64,000 bases of DNA from Eledone cirrhosa. Its lineage: Eukaryota. Each line of letters begins with the position of its first letter. Positions within the stretch are counted from its first letter, which is position 1. The stretch is from NCBI GenBank assembly GCA_964016885.1, contig OZ024743.1, positions 111,476,001 to 111,540,000 on the forward strand. The letters are read 5' to 3'. Below are positions 27,951 to 41,676 of this stretch, piece by piece. The position numbers and the translations under genes are program-made. Below the pieces are notes generated by a model. It was not told the origin of the DNA and ran no database searches. It worked only from the letters and a program-made list of their open reading frames with translations.

Positions 27951-30900
27951 ATGGCTATGCTAAGAGTAGGCTGTTTAAATGCGCGTGGCCTGGGCTCAAC
28001 TTGGAAGCAAGCAATGCTTCTAAATGACCTCAGGTCACAACGTATAGATGTGATGGTTATTTGCGAGGCCCGGATCAGCAACGTGCGACAGCTGGCCCCC
28101 ACCTTTGATGACTTTGAGATGCACGCATCTCTCTGTCAGCCCGGAGGTGGGTGTGGAGTTGTCGTTCTGCTGCAAAAACATCTGGGTCTCGCAACACAGA
28201 TGGTACATTTGGACCCGGAGGGTCGACTAGTGGTTCTGGACCTTGGCAGTGGTAAAGGCGGAGCGTTTAGGTTGGTAGCCGCCTACGGCCCTTTCGGGTC
28301 AATGCGGCCGGACTTCTTCCATCGTCTGGAGACTTTTCTAGGGACGTCCCGCTCCTTGCTATTAGTGGGGGACTGGAATGGTATCCTAGATGCACGCTGG
28401 GACTACGTAGGGGCCTGCCCCGATAGAGAGGGGTGTAATAGCCTCAAAGGGTTAATCGGTCGATTTGACCTGGCCGATAGATATCGACTAGATTTTCCGA
28501 CTGCGCCAACCTGGACTTGGGCAAATCGTAGCGGATCATCTAGGTCGTACCTAGATAGGTTCTTAGTTAGAATTAAGGATAAGGACTTTTTAAGTTGTCC
28601 AAAAATGCGCATGGTTGGCTATTCAGACCACAAATTAGTGACCTGCATGGTCAACCTTGACAGAACTCATAGACAGGGCCCCGGTTACTGGAAGCTCAAC
28701 TTGTCCTTGCCGGCAAGTAGAGCCTACAGGAATCGGATTAGTACGTTAGTTAAGGAACGGTTGACTGGAGCGATCGTCAACAGCAGGTGGTGGGTATCTC
28801 TAAAGAGAGAGATTAGAGTAGTCTCGATAGAATTTAGTAAGGTTCTAGCTGCGGATAGGAATAGGAAGGAAAGGGAGCTAATAGATAGAGTAGAAGAGGC
28901 AATTAGAAGCGGCGACGTGGCCAGAGTGCTAGCGTCGAGAACGGCTTTGAGCCAGTTTTTCGACGCGAAGCACGAAGGCTGCGTTGTCCGAAGTAAAATA
29001 CGTGCTCTAGGGAACGAGGGGACCAAAACTGTTAGCTGGGCCCGCGTGACAGAGGCCAACAGTGGAACTAAATCCACCATCCGGTCTTTGCGAGACCTGG
29101 ATGGACGGGCGATTCTTGAGCCTAAGCAGATGTGTGAGGCCTTTCAAAGGCACTTTGCCCGACTGTTCGGGAGGGGCGGGGAGCCGGTTGGGAACGTGGA
29201 CTTCGGTCCATACCTCGACGGCCTGCTGCGCCTCTCGGACAGGGAGGCGAAGTCCTGCGAGGAGCCGATTTCGGCCGCTGAGATAGAGGACGTGCTGAGC
29301 CAATGCGGCAAACGCAAATCCCCGGGTCTCGATGGTCTTCCTTACGAATTATATCTAGCTATGCCGGACTTGTTCCCCGATCTCCTCGAGGCGGTCTACT
29401 GCAACTGGCAACAGAACGGGAGAATTCCCTGTACTGTGACCAAGGGCGTAGTCACGCTAGTGAGGAAGGACGAGAACAAGGGGGACGAAATAAGTAACTT
29501 CAGGCCCATAACACTGCTAAATACAGAGTTACAGATTTTGGCCAAGGTGCTAGCAAAGAGGTTGGCGCTTGTCGTGGGCAACCTGGTGGGAGATGCGCAG
29601 ACATGCGCTATCCCGTCCAGGTCCATCCATGACAACCTCCACCTCATGCGATACATCATAGAGAGGGTTGGGAACGAACCCGGCTTTGGTGGGGCTCTGA
29701 TCAACTTGGATCAATCTAAGGCGTTCGATAGGGTCGACCATGGTTACCTGGATGCGGTGCTAGCGGCGGCAGGCTTCGGACCCGTTTTCAGGGGCTGGAT
29801 CACTGCTATGCACAGCAGCCGCATCTGCTCTAGGGTCAAGGTGAACGGCTACCTCTCGGAGCCGTTCAAAATCGCGCGGTCCATCCGACAAGGGTGCCCT
29901 CTCTCCTCCCTTCTGTATGTGTTGACTCTCGAGCCACTACTGAGGAAGTTGGAGTTGTTGCAGGGCATCCCTTTGGAACCGGGATTGCGGAAAGCGGTGT
30001 CGGCCTACGCCGATGACGTGACAGTAATGGTGTCGACGGCCTCCGAAATCGAGGCGGTTGGCACCTTACTGGAGGAGTACGAAAAGTTCACAGGGGCTAA
30101 GCTGAACCGGGACAAGTCGATCGGTTTGCAACTCGGCACGTAGAGGGGCAGACCGATGCCCTCCGATGGCGTCGTCGGACGCTGGACGGAGGGCCCGGTG
30201 AAGTTGCTCGGGGTCTGGTTCGGACCGGACCTCCAGGTGGAGAAAAACTGGGCGGAGGTTACGAACAGGGTGTTTGCACTGACCCAGAAGTGGGCCAGTT
30301 GCAAACTATCCCTGAAAGGTCGGGCGGAGGTAGCGAACACCTACATAGCGTCCGTCATCTACTACCGCCTGACCGTAGTGCCCTGCCCAAGGGAAACCCT
30401 CACCAAGATGGAGCGCGCGCTCTTCCAATTCCTTTGGAAGAGGCGGGCTCCTATGGTGAGGAGATCCATCTGCTGTCAACACCCTTCGAAAGGAGGGCTG
30501 GGGATGCCGTGGCTAATGATGCGTAAACACGCATTAAGGCTACGGCACCTCTACGTATTCCTCACCGGACAACCGGTGTGGGCCTCGTTTGTGAGACGAA
30601 CCTTTCCCAGACTCGTCTCACTCACCGAGCTGCAATCCTGGGTCAAGCAAAGACCGAGAAAACTGGGCGCCTGGCACACTGAGTGTGCCCAGGGGCTCAC
30701 CGCCCTCTGGCAGGCGGATCCGGTTATCAGTGGAGACTCCACCGCAACATTCTATAGAGGGCTGGTACGCAGCAGGTGCGACGACGCCCTCGGAGAAGCC
30801 CTAGACATGGAGGAGGACGAACTGGCCAGCCTGTTCGGTAGGACATTCAGCCCGGGACCTATGGACAACTTCCAGAAGTCCCTGGCCTGGCAGTGCTACC

Positions 30901-31388
30901 GAGGGGCTTTACCCGTTCGAGAAAGGCTCTACAGACACGGGCGCCCGGGTAGGGACCCCGCCAAAAAGATCTGTCCCAGATGCGTGTGCGACGAGGAAAC
31001 CGTTGCACACGCATTGGTACACTGCTCGGGCGTAGCCGATCTGTGGGGCTATGTCGAACAACTGCTGTCAAGGGTGGGACCGATCCGGTTGACCACCGAG
31101 TCTATTGTGATGATCAAGCCGCCTCCCCCCTTCAAAGATGAAGCAGGGGCGGTGTTTCTGTGCGTGATAGCCATGGCGAAAGAGTTTGTATGGTGGACGC
31201 GTCTGAAAGGACTGAGGTCAGGCACCTTTCTCTCTGGCCAACAACTGGTCCGTTTCTTCCGATATCATTTCGGAAGAAGGATCAGGATGGAGAGAGAGGT
31301 GCTGCACCCCAGCCGTTTCTATGAAAGATGGGTGAAAGTGGCGAGAATGGCCCGTGTGAATGGGCCTTCACTCTACATCAGACTATAG
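27951..31388 (+). pseudogene. Tx1-type ORF2 (APE endonuclease, RT, zf-RVT) with one in-frame TAG
   Basis: LNARG, GDWN, SYLDR, SDH; KSPGLDG, NFRPITLLN, LDQSKAFDRV, RQGCPLS, YADD; CPRC..ETVAHALVHC; the two track ORFs share a frame, separated only by TAG 30141-30143 (probably TGG). Confidence 0.93.
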
Positions 31389-31652
31389 GTGAGGAAGATG
31401 AAAGACCAAGGGAGCACCCCTTCTCTGTGCTCCTGAGGAGAAGGGTTGCACACTTTTTTCGGGGGTGTGTGCGACCCTCCAAGGCGCCTCCTCTCTATTG
31501 AGGATTTTGTTAAAAATTTTATTTTTTGTTATATCTTATTTTATTTTTATATTTTGTTATTGCCTCCTCCTTATTGAGGACGCCTTTTTGTGTAAACTCC
31601 CCCCTTTGTACTTGTCCCACTTTTGATGCCCTAGTGGCAAATAAAAGAAACA

Positions 31653-31691
<39 letters not shown>

Positions 31692-32924
31692 ATTTATATA
31701 TATATATATATTTATTTATATATATATATATTCTATTGCAGTCGGCCGCGAAGAGATTGCTGTCGTTTATTTATCTTATATTTCTTTATAGGTGCCTTTT
31801 AATCTTATAGCCTGGTCTAATTGATTTTTTTATGTGGTTGATTATGCTAATTGGGAGAGGAAATTGTGTATATATATTATCAAATGATTATATGGACATA
31901 CTTTATATTATATATACATACATATAGATATAGATATATATATAGATATGTGTGTGTGTATGTGTGTGTATGTGTGTGTCTGTGTGTGTACGTTTGCATA
32001 TATATATATATATATGTGTATGTGTGTGTGTTTGTATATATATATATGAGTATATATATGTGTGACAGCGTGTATGTAAAAGTTTTTATACATATACATT
32101 GATGCGTCGAGTGACATGAATATATATGTATTTTTTTTAAATAAAGAAAATCTAGAGCGCATGAAACTTGGTGTGAAAACCGTTTTAGAAAATTGGGTAA
32201 AATTAGACCTAAAGACCGCAGATATTATCAAGTGCCATTTAGCTCAATGGTTCAGAAAACTATATTTGGAGGGTATTAATGTTTATTCTCTGTAGCGGCT
32301 GCTGATTACTTTTTTCGTCTATATGTGTATTTTTTCCAGGTTTATTGAAGCTCTTTTGAGAGCTAGGCTCTTGCATAACTAATCAGGTGGAGAGCATCGA
32401 AATAAATTCAACTATCCGAATTCTCTCATCAACAGTGTGCTTATCCATAATGGATGAATTCTATTTGCCTTTTCTTTAGAAGGTCGCGTCATTCTGCCAC
32501 ATACTTTGAGATAGCTGTCACTAACAATGGTAAATGCCATATTGACTCTGGCAGTTTCTCATTTCAATTCTTCCTTTAGTTTTAGGACTGAACTCCACCG
32601 AAAATTTACCACGTTAATCCTAGTCATATGAACTTTCTAATGTTTTGGAAACGTCGCATGACTTCTATATGCAGCGCTTCTATTTGCACCAGCTCATATA
32701 GTACGCGAAATTTCGACTCTTACAGTTCGGAGCAGGCTATATGTTCCAGAATCAGGCTGCTTATCCACTGCTTAACGTATAATGTACACTCTGACATGCG
32801 TATTCGTATTTACAACATGCGATTTCTGTAAAATCATAACTGGATAACGCATGGGTTATAGGTACTCTAAACTTATAACTTATATGTATATATATATATT
32901 ATATACGTATATATATATATATAT

Positions 32925-32969
32925 ACGCCGATGGGCCCCGGGCGGGTCGGGGGTCTGCAACGTCGCTGG
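32925..32969 (+). mobile_element. possible Helitron 3' terminus
   Basis: GC-rich hairpin GGCCCCG/CGGGGGTC ~10 nt before CTGG followed by T (CTRR-T). Confidence 0.35.
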
Positions 32970-33364
32970 TTAATGTCCGCTAAGCATAGGCTTAATCTTT
33001 ACTTTATATTCCACCCCGAAACTTTTTCGTGACTATAATACACTTATACTTGATCTATAATACACTTATACTTTTTCATAAAAGCCTCTTTCTGTCCATT
33101 CTTTAACTAAATCTCCCAACTTTAAGCCTAAATCTTACTTTCTAATTTCATCTTAAATGGCATCTTTTAACTCTAAACATACATTTAACGTTTCTAATTG
33201 TTAATCGTAATTTCTGACCATACAGTATACTGTGCTGAGGCCATATTTATAGCTTTGTTAAGGAAATCACTTTTTCGAAAAAATATTTCCCTGGTAGGGT
33301 GGTAGTAGTACACTATAAACCTACGCCCCATCACCACAAGTGCATATGAAGACTTAATAATCAT

Positions 33365-33582
33365 CACTTGAGGGCGGTTGACTGGGCTAGAGCTGCTAAA
33401 TGTTCGACCGCCCTCATGTCTCTGCTTTTCAGCCCCATGGATTTTTTCTATTATATTCCTTTGTTATATTTCGAATATCTGATGATGTCACCGGATTCAT
33501 ACTGAACCCGGTCATTGAAATCATCATAGTATAATAAACCTTTTAAGGAATTACACCAGTCCAACCTCCTGTTATTTTATAA
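33365..33582 (+). mobile_element. PLE-type 3' end/pLTR with hammerhead (33475-33532)
   Basis: ATAT-CTGATGA-long stem II (CCGGATTCA/TGAACCCGG)-GAAA-TCATCA-TA-GTAT; homologous to 52715-53101 and 34835-34900. Confidence 0.8.
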
Positions 33583-33726
33583 TAATTAACTCCGTACTCG
33601 CACCACCAACAACACAAACGAAGACGGGTGTGTTGCATTACGTCGAGTGCTCCATAATATTACATCGAGGTTGACCATACGAAATGACCAGTTCTATCAA
33701 GTGGTGAACCAACAAACCTAAATAAA

Positions 33727-33815
33727 TAATTGTTTCTACTATTGGCACAAGGCCAGCAATTAGCCAATACATTACTGGTACTTATTTTATCGACCCCGTA
33801 AGGATGAAAGGCAAA
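33727..33815 (-). mobile_element. partial SINE (3' half)
   Basis: GTTTCTACT..GGCACAAGG..CTGGTACTTATTTTATCGACCCCGTAAGGATGAAAGGC. Confidence 0.8.
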
Positions 33816-34834
33816 CCTAAATAAACAATGTTTTAGGAAATGTCGAGCGCTTTCAGATGTAATAATGAACAGGGGCCCTGGCTCCAGTGTAAAGCTATCT
33901 CAAGCATCGGACTAACTCCAAACCATTGGGATTTTGGATGCCTTAAGATATGTCTACCGCCCACCCGGACCATCCATTGCTGCTTCCCTGTCGTGAATAC
34001 TCAGACTATGTCAGACGTCATAGTTTCTTCAAAATATCAACATATTCTACTATAACCTGTAATGTATTGACTGAATTCCCTATCCTATATTTCAGTGCTT
34101 TTGGGATTCACATTGAAAATTAAGACTCGAACCTACACTAGGTAGCACCTGATACCTCTCCAACTCTTACCTCCTCTACATCTATATGTATAACCTTGTA
34201 TTCTCCAACCCTGCTATCTATTGTCCATTTACTACACCTTGATCTGTATTATATTTCTTATGTATTTTTATTTCTTCGATATGTTCTTATATACTTCCAT
34301 TTCACTCCCTCAATTACCACCCTAGGTATGACTGCATTTTATTTATGCATTTTTCTTATATTGTTATTTCTATTTTTATTTATTCGCTTTACCCCCCCCC
34401 CTCTTATTTACTTATCCTTGTACTCATTAGCACACGACCCTAGAATATTACTCTCTGTACCCTTTGTATCTGCTTATCTTTATTCACACCCCCTACCCAC
34501 TGAAGATTCACACTACATATAACCCGGACTAACTGGGGTCTAAATATAATCTATTGACACATTACATCAGATTTTGCCACTTTTAAACTTCACATCACGG
34601 ATGTGAATAATTAATAATCGTTTGGTACACACGATGATCCGACGGATGTGGCGGCTTTCTCGACTGCATGCCAGGCGCTTAGGCCGATCAGCCTTCCTAG
34701 AATGCTTGGAAAAATTAAGTTTGCCCCTCTTTCGAATATACACCGAACGGCTGTTTCGCCCTGGGGCCCTGTCAGACTTAGCATCCGCCATGCAACCGCG
34801 TATTGACCGCCAAACAGTTGCCTTAAATTCTATT

Positions 34835-34900
34835 TGAAATGATCATAGTATAATAAATCTGTTAATGAATTACACCCGTCCAGCCTCCTGTTATATTATA
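34835..34900 (+). mobile_element. 3' fragment of the 33.4/52.7 kb hammerhead family
   Basis: TGAAATGATCATAGTATAATAAA...GTCCAGCCTCCTGTTA. Confidence 0.7.
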
Positions 34901-35060
34901 ATTATAATATATATATATATAATATATATTTAATTTAGAAGGTGAGTAATATTGTAGAACAATAAAACTATGCATATATTAGATAAGTAGCAGTCAACTG
35001 TGTGTAGAACTGGAGTATATATTAAAAAAGAAATTAAAAGATGGTTAAAAAAGTTCCATA

Positions 35061-35130
35061 TATTTTATTATGCGCATTTCGAAAACAACATCATCCTGGG
35101 ACAAAAATTGTGTTCTCATCAGATAAAATA
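35061..35130 (-). ncRNA. intact minimal type I hammerhead at a PLE-like 3' end
   Basis: TATTTTAT-CTGATGA-GAACAC...GTTTTC-GAAA-TGCGCA-TA-ATAAAATA; 8-bp stem I, palindromic loop III. Confidence 0.85.
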
Positions 35131-35920
35131 ACGTAACATGATATGAGGCCTAAAAAAACACTTGTCAACAAGAAAGTGTCCATTCTACATATGACAAAAA
35201 TATAAGAGTAAGAGAAAAATATGAAAAATTAAGAAAAGGAAAGAAGGAAAAAGGAAAAAGAAATAGAAGAGAGGAAAAAAGGAAAAAAAAAGAAAGAAGG
35301 AAGAGAGAAAGAGAAAAGAGAGAGAGAGAGCCTTTTGATCAGGAACGCTGTCAAAATGAAAACAGCTGTAAATAACGGCTAAAAAATAAATTGATGAGGT
35401 GTATGTGCGAATATTATAGATGGTATTCAAATATTATCATACTGCTTCCGCGTTCTCTCTGTTTCTCTCACCTTCTTTCGCCCCCTCTGCCAGTTACACT
35501 TTCTCTCGACTGACCACTTCCTCGCACTTCCACTCACTCACTCTCTGTTTCTCCGCTTCTCACTTCCTCCCGTTTGGCTAACAGTGGGCCTCTTCTTGCT
35601 TACATCACACTCACGTCGGACGTCTGTACCTTTCGCTCATGAAATCCACCCAGCTTATGCTGACCAGGACTACCATGTGCTTGTTTATTTCCTTACTTTG
35701 TTCTTTTGTTTGCTTTTATCCTTCTATGTTGTTCACTTGTCCCCCTCGCTTTACGCGATTTACTGGTCCCAATATTTTTTTTAGTTATTGCTCGCACCAA
35801 CCTGAAGTATCTGATTTTTAATGCGATGTAATACCAATGATGGTTGGAAAATCACTGACGAAGGACTATTTTTATCATATGTAACCTATGTGCAACCACA
35901 CAGTATTCTTCTTTCTTCTC

Positions 35921-36025
<105 letters not shown>

Positions 36026-36220
36026 CTGTGTTTGTCTGTGTGTATGTGTCTGTATATATATATAGAGCCAGCTCTACCTCCCACCAAATGCCATGATAGA
36101 ATCATCTGTTTTTACAACAAATGTTTGACCAATCCTTTTGACAATTACTATCTTCCCATATAAGGAATTACCCTCTGAGAAGTTCAGCTATTTATTTACG
36201 AGGCTAAAAATTCTTATATA

Positions 36221-36356
36221 GTCCAGAATTGGCCGTCGAAACGGCTTGAGCTCTGGTGTCGGGTTCATACTTGTTCCTATTACCTACTCTACTACCTAAA
36301 GTATTGAGTACTTTGGTGCGTTATGGTCCATCTGGTTCCTTACCACATTTCCTTCG

Positions 36357-36397
<41 letters not shown>

Positions 36398-36610
36398 GTA
36401 GAATGCTGTCGATATATATATATATAGGAACCAGTAAGACCCCGACAGCTGAGCTCAAGCCGTTTCGACGGCTAATTCTGAATTAGCCGTCGAAACGGCT
36501 TGAGCTCAGCTGTCGGGGTCTTACTGGTTCCTATTACCCACTCTACTACCTCAAGTATTGAGTACTTTGGTGCGTTATGGTCCACCTGGTTCCTTACCAC
36601 ATTTCCTTCG

Positions 36611-36613
<3 letters not shown>
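36221..36613 (+). mobile_element. two adjacent copies of the half-hammerhead family; the second has a perfect 5' fold-back
   Basis: Copy 36221-36359; copy 36424-36613 with 55-bp perfect inverted arms around 1 nt (36479). Confidence 0.85.
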
Positions 36614-36653
<40 letters not shown>

Positions 36654-36685
36654 CAGCATTCGTTAGCTTGCCCGCAAACAGAGCT

Positions 36686-36778
<93 letters not shown>

Positions 36779-37492
36779 GTGTACTGACAGGGTATTCATG
36801 CATGATTCATATATCTGTTTGTAGCCACAGCATTTGTGTATTTACATATGGTTTCTTGTGCCTCTATTTGTGTTTGTATTTATCTACACATGTCTGTACG
36901 TGAGATACGCCCAGTGTTTAAGTTGTTTTCTTTATAATACTGAGATACATGATTTGTTACCAATGCGTTGCATCTTGAGAAAGTAATATTTAAAATAACT
37001 GTAAATCGACCACGGTGTTGGGAATGACATCGTGTAGACGGATATCGTGTGGAGTATAGTCAGAAAAATTTTAAATGGAATTTACATGAACAGTTTATGA
37101 CAGAGCACCCCAGGTCTACGCCAAATTCACAGCTACTCACACACTAATACTCATTTCTTAGGCAACTAAGCAATCTATGCAAACAACATTGAATAATCCT
37201 CTACACCATCGGAGTGTCTTTTTATTTTGTTTATCAGGCTGTATGAATGCCTATTTATTTTCATATGTTTGTATGGATTTTGAAACCGATATCTCATTGC
37301 TATTTCTAAAAGGATATCGGCATAATTTATTATGTGGTTGCTCGCAACTTTGCTTCTAGGCATGCATATATGCATTTAAATAATGTTTAAATAGTGTAAT
37401 TATACAAAATGGCAATTCACATCTAGTATAATTGTAGATCTTGAAGGGGAATTTTTCTTTTGTGTGTGTACAGACACACACACTCACACACT

Positions 37493-37588
<96 letters not shown>

Positions 37589-37649
37589 GATATATATATA
37601 TAATTTAAAACAATGAAATAAAAAATCACTGATTAGAGATATACTTCAC

Positions 37650-37785
37650 TGCTTTACGATCGTTTCTAGATGATGATAATACATTGTGGCCATAGTCCGT
37701 TATTGATCTATGTAAGTTTAATTACAAAGTATCAGCTAAAGAGAATATTTACTTACATGCATATCACCAGCTGTTTTCAAAAGCA
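37650..37785 (-). ncRNA. hammerhead with U3-A8 core variant and ~105-nt stem II domain
   Basis: TGCTT-TTGAAAA-CAGCTGGTGATATGCAT...ATGTATTATCATCATCTA-GAAA-CGATCG-TA-AAGCA. Confidence 0.6.
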
Positions 37786-38662
37786 ATAATAATTGTATTC
37801 AATGATAATTTTATTCAGAATTAGTAGTATGTTAGTATCATGTCCTTATTTGGAGGATTGTTGAAGAACTAACAAATCAAATTGTTTTGTTCATATGGTG
37901 TTAAGATGAAAAGTAATACACTTTAGTTGAGGTCATGACCCTTTGAAAGGAATGCTTGAATGGTGTTAATAGTAGAATTGGCATAACAATCTATTAGGAG
38001 GAAAGGGATTGTCAAACTGATAGTTGAATGTATCTGGTATAGTGAAGTTAAAGAGAATGTCAAAATGCATGGTGATTAGTGCTGTATTGAAATTTTTAGG
38101 TGAATATAAATTAAGGGTATGGCTAGGAAAATAGTATATTAAAAGATGAAAATTATAATAAGATAATGAAATACAGTAATGCGATAATATACAACTTAAC
38201 CAACACAATATAGTACGGTGTGGTAAATGGCACTTAGTATAATACAGCATATGATACGCTCTAAAATACTATCAATTATACATAAATTATCAAACTCAGA
38301 TAAATACATGTTGGCCTAGTTAAAACACATAAAGTTCATAGATTACAAAATGCATATATCCACACTATATATAGAGTGGTACAGTTATATTGATATCCAA
38401 CCAAAAATATACATACGCACAAATAGATGCAAATCTAAATACACATTTACAAATATGCACATAATCATAAACACACGTATCCATACATATCTATATCCAC
38501 ACATACACACCTATACCCACATATATACATATATATTTACACACATATACATACATATATATATATAAACATATACATATATATATATATACTCATATAT
38601 ATATATATATATATGTGTATGTACACTCCTCATGCATGTACACACACTCATACACCTATACC

Positions 38663-38702
<40 letters not shown>

Positions 38703-38725
38703 CACACATGACCACACACACATAC

Positions 38726-38808
<83 letters not shown>

Positions 38809-39079
38809 TACACATACATAAACATATACATGTATATATATACACACACAAATATATTTCCATATCATACATAGATATATATTTACTCATGCAATTACGG
38901 GTGGTTGTGTACCTTGTTGCTTTTAGTCATTAACGCATAGACCGAAGGAAGCTAAAACATTAAAAGGTAAAAAAATAAGCATGAATGCATATAATTAGGG
39001 GAAAGGGGTACTAATAATTGTTACTCTATATAGAATTATAGAGAGTTGCTATTTATAATATTTAATTAGGTTTATATTA

Positions 39080-40540
39080 TTTAAATGTTCTTCGTATACG
39101 GTGATTACAAATTATGATCAGTTCCTGCCTGCTATTTAATAAATCGTCCTTAGATTTAGTAATTTCCAAGATCTCCCCTGAACATAGTCTGCATTCCCTC
39201 CTGTTCCCAAGATATGGAATTCTTTGTCGAATGGTATTCTACGATAACTTGAAATCTATTTCTTCTTTTTATAATTATTTACTGCTTCAGCTAAAGATGT
39301 GGTGTTAGCTAATTTAGTATTGTTGAAACTACTAGATGGTGCGTAAAATCTTTTCTTAAATGTGTTTGATGTAGATCCTATATATGTTTTGTTTGTGTCT
39401 GTAGTAGACACAGTGCATTTATATATTACATTATTAATTAAACAGTTGCCATTTAAGGGGCAAATGTTTCTATCTCTGCAATTACAGCCATACGTAAGAT
39501 GGTTGTTGGGGTTGCCTATACTATTCTCATTAATTCTTGAGCTATTCCTATTGTAATTAATGATAGCAGGAGAATGAAGGTTGCTTTGTGGGTGGTTTGG
39601 TGCTAGGGTTGCATTGTGATTTTGTGTTCTGTTGTTTTTGTGTTGGTGATTTGGGTGGTTGCGTTTTCTAGGCTGAAGGATTGTATTATTTGCCTTTTTA
39701 AAAGGGGCAGTCCTATTTAAATTATGTTGTGGTGGTGTAACATACTATTTTTAAGTTTATAAATGTTGTAGTTGCTTATTTTTTACTGGAGATTGCTTGA
39801 TGTAGAGTATGAGAATTTAACAGTATATTTGTTAAATATTTGGTGGTATCTGTGGTTTGGTCGAACATGTTTATGTAGAATTTCAAAGAATTTTTTTAGG
39901 GATTTGTCCAATAGTTTGTAGGTTGAAGGGTGCGTTGTACCATGTTATGTTTCTTTTGCGGTTTTTAGTGAAGTTCTTATTACCACTTATATTATTGTGT
40001 TGTGTTCTAGAAGAATTCCTATGGTTAGTATCCTTATTTGTGGAATTTGGTAAATTACCGTGGTTGTATTTGGTGTTATTTTTTGGGTAGATTATGAGAT
40101 TTTCAGTGCTTGGTATTAATATGTGGGTTGATATCATTGGTCATAGATCGTGTAGTAATACTTGTTGTGGTTTTTCGGTTGTGTGGTGTAATAGGAATAA
40201 CCACTTTAGGTATTTGTTTCAATAGTATTTTTTGGTGTTTGTAGTTTTGGCTAGGTTTTATATTTTGGTCCATAGTAGTGTTGGGGATATATGAGATGTT
40301 TTCTTTATATCCACTTCTAGTGAAGGCTTCGTTGTAGAAGGGTGCATTATTATAAAATATATATTCATTGGAAGATAATTTAGAAAGTCTAAGAGATATG
40401 TTATATACTAAGTTCTTGAGTATAGAGCCAGGGTGGTTAGATCGTGAATGTACATAATGTAGATTCTGGTTGGGTTTGTGGTAAGGTTGATAAGTATTCG
40501 TAGAGAGGTCTAAGGTAACGTCAAGGAAATTAGCTACTTT
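39080..40540 (-). pseudogene. Naiad-type PLE RT thumb + GIY-YIG remnant; 3' UTR probably extends to ~37600
   Basis: ANFLDVTLDL, YQPYHKPN, SNHP, RLSKLSS, ITWYNAPF, KFSYS, CNCRDRNICPLNGNC, VIYKC, TYIGST; frameshifts and Asn/Thr-rich expansions. Confidence 0.88.
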
Positions 40541-41178
40541 GGGGGGTGGGGGTCGTTTCGTAGCCCCAGGGTGGGGGCGTTATGCAATAAAGGGGCCTTT
40601 GAAACTTTGAGGGCGCTAGAAGCACTTTTAGTTTGGTAAGTTTTATAAGTCACATGTGTACGTATCTTAGACAGTCAGAGATTTGAATGAAGAAAACAAA
40701 GAAAATAAATTAAAGAAGCTTGTCAACGAATTCCCTAGGGAGATAAAAGAAAATCAAAAGAAATCAAAGAGAATGAATGTAAGGACTACTTCAAAAGAAA
40801 TGACAAGAAGAAGCAATAGTGGTGAACATACCCACACATACATACATACATACACACACACATATATACACATACATCACACACACACACATATATATAC
40901 ACACACAGGCCGGCGTTAGTGTTTGATGAAGTTGAGAACCTGGTCAGCTTTCAGCCAGAAGTGTGGTATTTAACCTCCCTAGGTAAATAAAATCTAGCGA
41001 CGAAAATGTTCTCCTTACCAAAAAAAGAAGACATAGATCATATCAACATCCTTACACACTTAAATATAAATGCATGTATAAATACAAATGTATAAATGCA
41101 GAGCTATATACATGTATGTATATATGTGTGTATGTATATATGTATGTATGAATGTATGTAGATTTATTTATATATATA

Positions 41179-41225
<47 letters not shown>

Positions 41226-41339
41226 CTACATATATATATAAATATATATACATGCATATATATATATATATATAAATGTAAATCTACATACATACATATT
41301 TATATATATATGTGTATATATACATATAAATCTACATAC

Positions 41340-41385
<46 letters not shown>

Positions 41386-41643
41386 GCAGTGTGACAAGAA
41401 GCTTGTTTACCAACCACATATTTCCCAGTTCAGTCCCACTGCCCGAGCCGACCAAAGCGCTGTGAGTGGATTTTATAGATCGAAACTAAAAGAAGCCCGT
41501 CGTATATATGTATATATGTCTGTGTGTGTATTTGCGTTTGTGTTTGCCCTCCCACCAATGCTTGTTGGTTTGTTGACATCCCCATAACATACCAATGTGA
41601 TGCTCCAGCATGGGCGTAGTCTAGAGACAGAAAAAAAGTAAAA
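41386..41643 (+). mobile_element. second octopod-type SINE family, internally deleted
   Basis: AAGCTTGTTTACCAACCACAT..CAGTTCAGTCCCACTGC, CCGACCAAAGC..GTGAGTGGATTT, AAGAAGCCCGTCGTATATATG, GCTCCAGCATGG. Confidence 0.75.
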
Positions 41644-41676
41644 TATGTATGTGTGTGTGTGTATGTGTGTGTAGAA

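Larger units (their letters stand above)
26938..31652 (+). mobile_element. Tx1/L1-clade non-LTR retrotransposon, young, inserted in (ATCT)n
   Basis: Full APE-RT-zinc finger ORF2, T-rich 3' UTR, AATAAA at 31640, (ATCT)n on both flanks. Confidence 0.92.

Noticed and set aside
30141-30143. Programmed stop-codon read-through in Tx1 ORF2
   Set aside because: A single TGG>TAG change is simpler; no evidence without other copies
32300-32850. Slightly GC-richer block that might be a decayed coding sequence
   Set aside because: No motif could be assigned in the frames I read
34500-34800. Degenerate hammerhead-like motifs (CTGAAGA at ~34500 plus; CTGACAG-GCCC/GGGC-GAAA at ~34745-34780 minus) and the 74-aa ORF
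   Set aside because: Core boxes mismatched and stem I absent; ORF has no recognisable domain. Possibly old PLE ends but unsupported
40925-41015. TTGATGA-GTTG...CGAC-GAAA-ATGT-TC
   Set aside because: U3 without A8 and no stem I
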